Positions 15,269 to 16,182 of a DNA stretch of 16,182 bases are shown in pieces. Numbering within the stretch: position 1 is the stretch's first letter; the number at the start of each line of letters is the position of its first letter. The position numbers were made by a program, and so were the translations under genes. The notes beneath the pieces were generated by a model. The model did no database searches. It was given only the letters and a program-made list of their open reading frames with translations, and was not told where the DNA came from. The stretch lies in the UHGV virus genome UHGV-0293321, one strand, 5' to 3'. The DNA is from a virus.

Positions 15269-16182
15269 TGGCCTATAGTCGCGAACAGTTGATGACGGCG
15301 TTAAGGAATGCTGATGCTGCCGGTGATACTGAGGGAGCACGTCGCATTGCTCAGATGCTGTCTTCTGGTGATCAATCCACTCAAAACCAATCGCAGCCAG
15401 AAGAACAATCTCTGGTAGGAAAAGCCACTGACTGGCTCACTGGTGGTCAAAGTGCAGGGCAAATTGCAGAACAGGCTGGTCGTGGTCTGGTAAACATACC
15501 ATTTGACGTATTGCAGGGTGGCGCAAGTCTGATTAATGCAATCAGCCAGGGGCTTGGTGGCCCCAAGGTTTTGGATGATGTTTATCGCCCTGTCGATCGA
15601 CCGACAGACCGTTGGGCGCAAGCTGGAGAAACAATTGGTGGGTATCTCCTGCCAATTGGCACAGCGGCAAAAGCTGCTGGAGCGCCAGCAAAGCTCGCTG
15701 GAGATATCGGTTCCGCAGGAAACATGATTGCAGGTTCACTTGCTGATGCTGCAAATCAGGAGGGCGACTTTGCACAAAATGCTGCCATTAACGGTGGTAT
15801 CAATATTGGTGCTCAAGGCGTTCTTTCAGGTGTCGGGCGCGTTATTGCGCCAAGGGTTTCACAGGCTCTTGGTGGTGCAGCACTGAATTCTGCTAATGAT
15901 GTTTCCAGGATGGCAAAGTCAGGTGCTGGGCGTCAGTCAATTGCCAGTCAGGCCGCTAATGTGTCCGAAGATGTAGCAAAAGCGGCTGAGTCTGCTGGAA
16001 TTGATATAAACGCATTAACACCAGGAATGCGATCTGGAAGTCGTGGAATTGCACAAGCCGAAGGCGCATTGGCATCAACACCAGGAATTGTTCAGGACGC
16101 CCATCAGGCAGCATTTAACGAAATATCATCAAAGTTAAGTCGAAACCTTGATGAATTTGGGGCCGCATCTGGAACTGCATCA
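15268..16182 (+). CDS. Ejection protein, P22 gp16-slot, 3'-truncated by window edge (first 305 codons)
   Basis: ATG at 15268 overlapping the preceding stop. I translated the frame by hand to the window end and found no stop. Gly/Ala-rich. Absent from the ORF track because no stop lies in the window. Confidence 0.55.
   Translation, partial: MAYSREQLMTALRNADAAGDTEGARRIAQMLSSGDQSTQNQSQPEEQSLVGKATDWLTGGQSAGQIAEQAGRGLVNIPFDVLQGGASLINAISQGLGGPKVLDDVYRPVDRPTDRWAQAGETIGGYLLPIGTAAKAAGAPAKLAGDIGSAGNMIAGSLADAANQEGDFAQNAAINGGINIGAQGVLSGVGRVIAPRVSQALGGAALNSANDVSRMAKSGAGRQSIASQAANVSEDVAKAAESAGIDINALTPGMRSGSRGIAQAEGALASTPGIVQDAHQAAFNEISSKLSRNLDEFGAASGTAS

Noticed and set aside
1-16182. CRISPR array, integrase/transposase, or a multi-gene defence system
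   Set aside because: No regularly spaced direct repeats with unique spacers, and no ORF with recombinase, nuclease-helicase or toxin-like motifs outside the expected phage late genes.

Overview
The window is the late (lysis plus morphogenesis) region of a mosaic temperate phage or prophage of an enterobacterium, with every credible gene on the + strand. In order: the 3' end of a nin-type region (rusA tail, ninH), a QuuD/Q21-type Q antiterminator with a pR'/tR'-like leader, a lambda-type lysis cassette (S, R, Rz with embedded Rz1), a ~900 bp accessory islet, then an Sf6/P22-like headful-packaging and podovirus structural module (terS, terL, portal, scaffold, coat, small ORF, gp4, gp10, tail needle with knob, gp14-slot protein, three ejection proteins, the last running off the window). 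Many adjacent genes overlap by ATGA or TAATG, which suggests translational coupling. I found no rRNA, tRNA, CRISPR array, integrase or transposase. I do not see a discrete new multi-gene system; the best candidates for undescribed biology are the small-protein and repeat islet at 2720-3600 and the overlapping inverted repeats upstream of S. All family assignments come from reading the translations against recalled reference phage proteins (lambda, P22, Sf6); no database search was run, so percent identities are not given.
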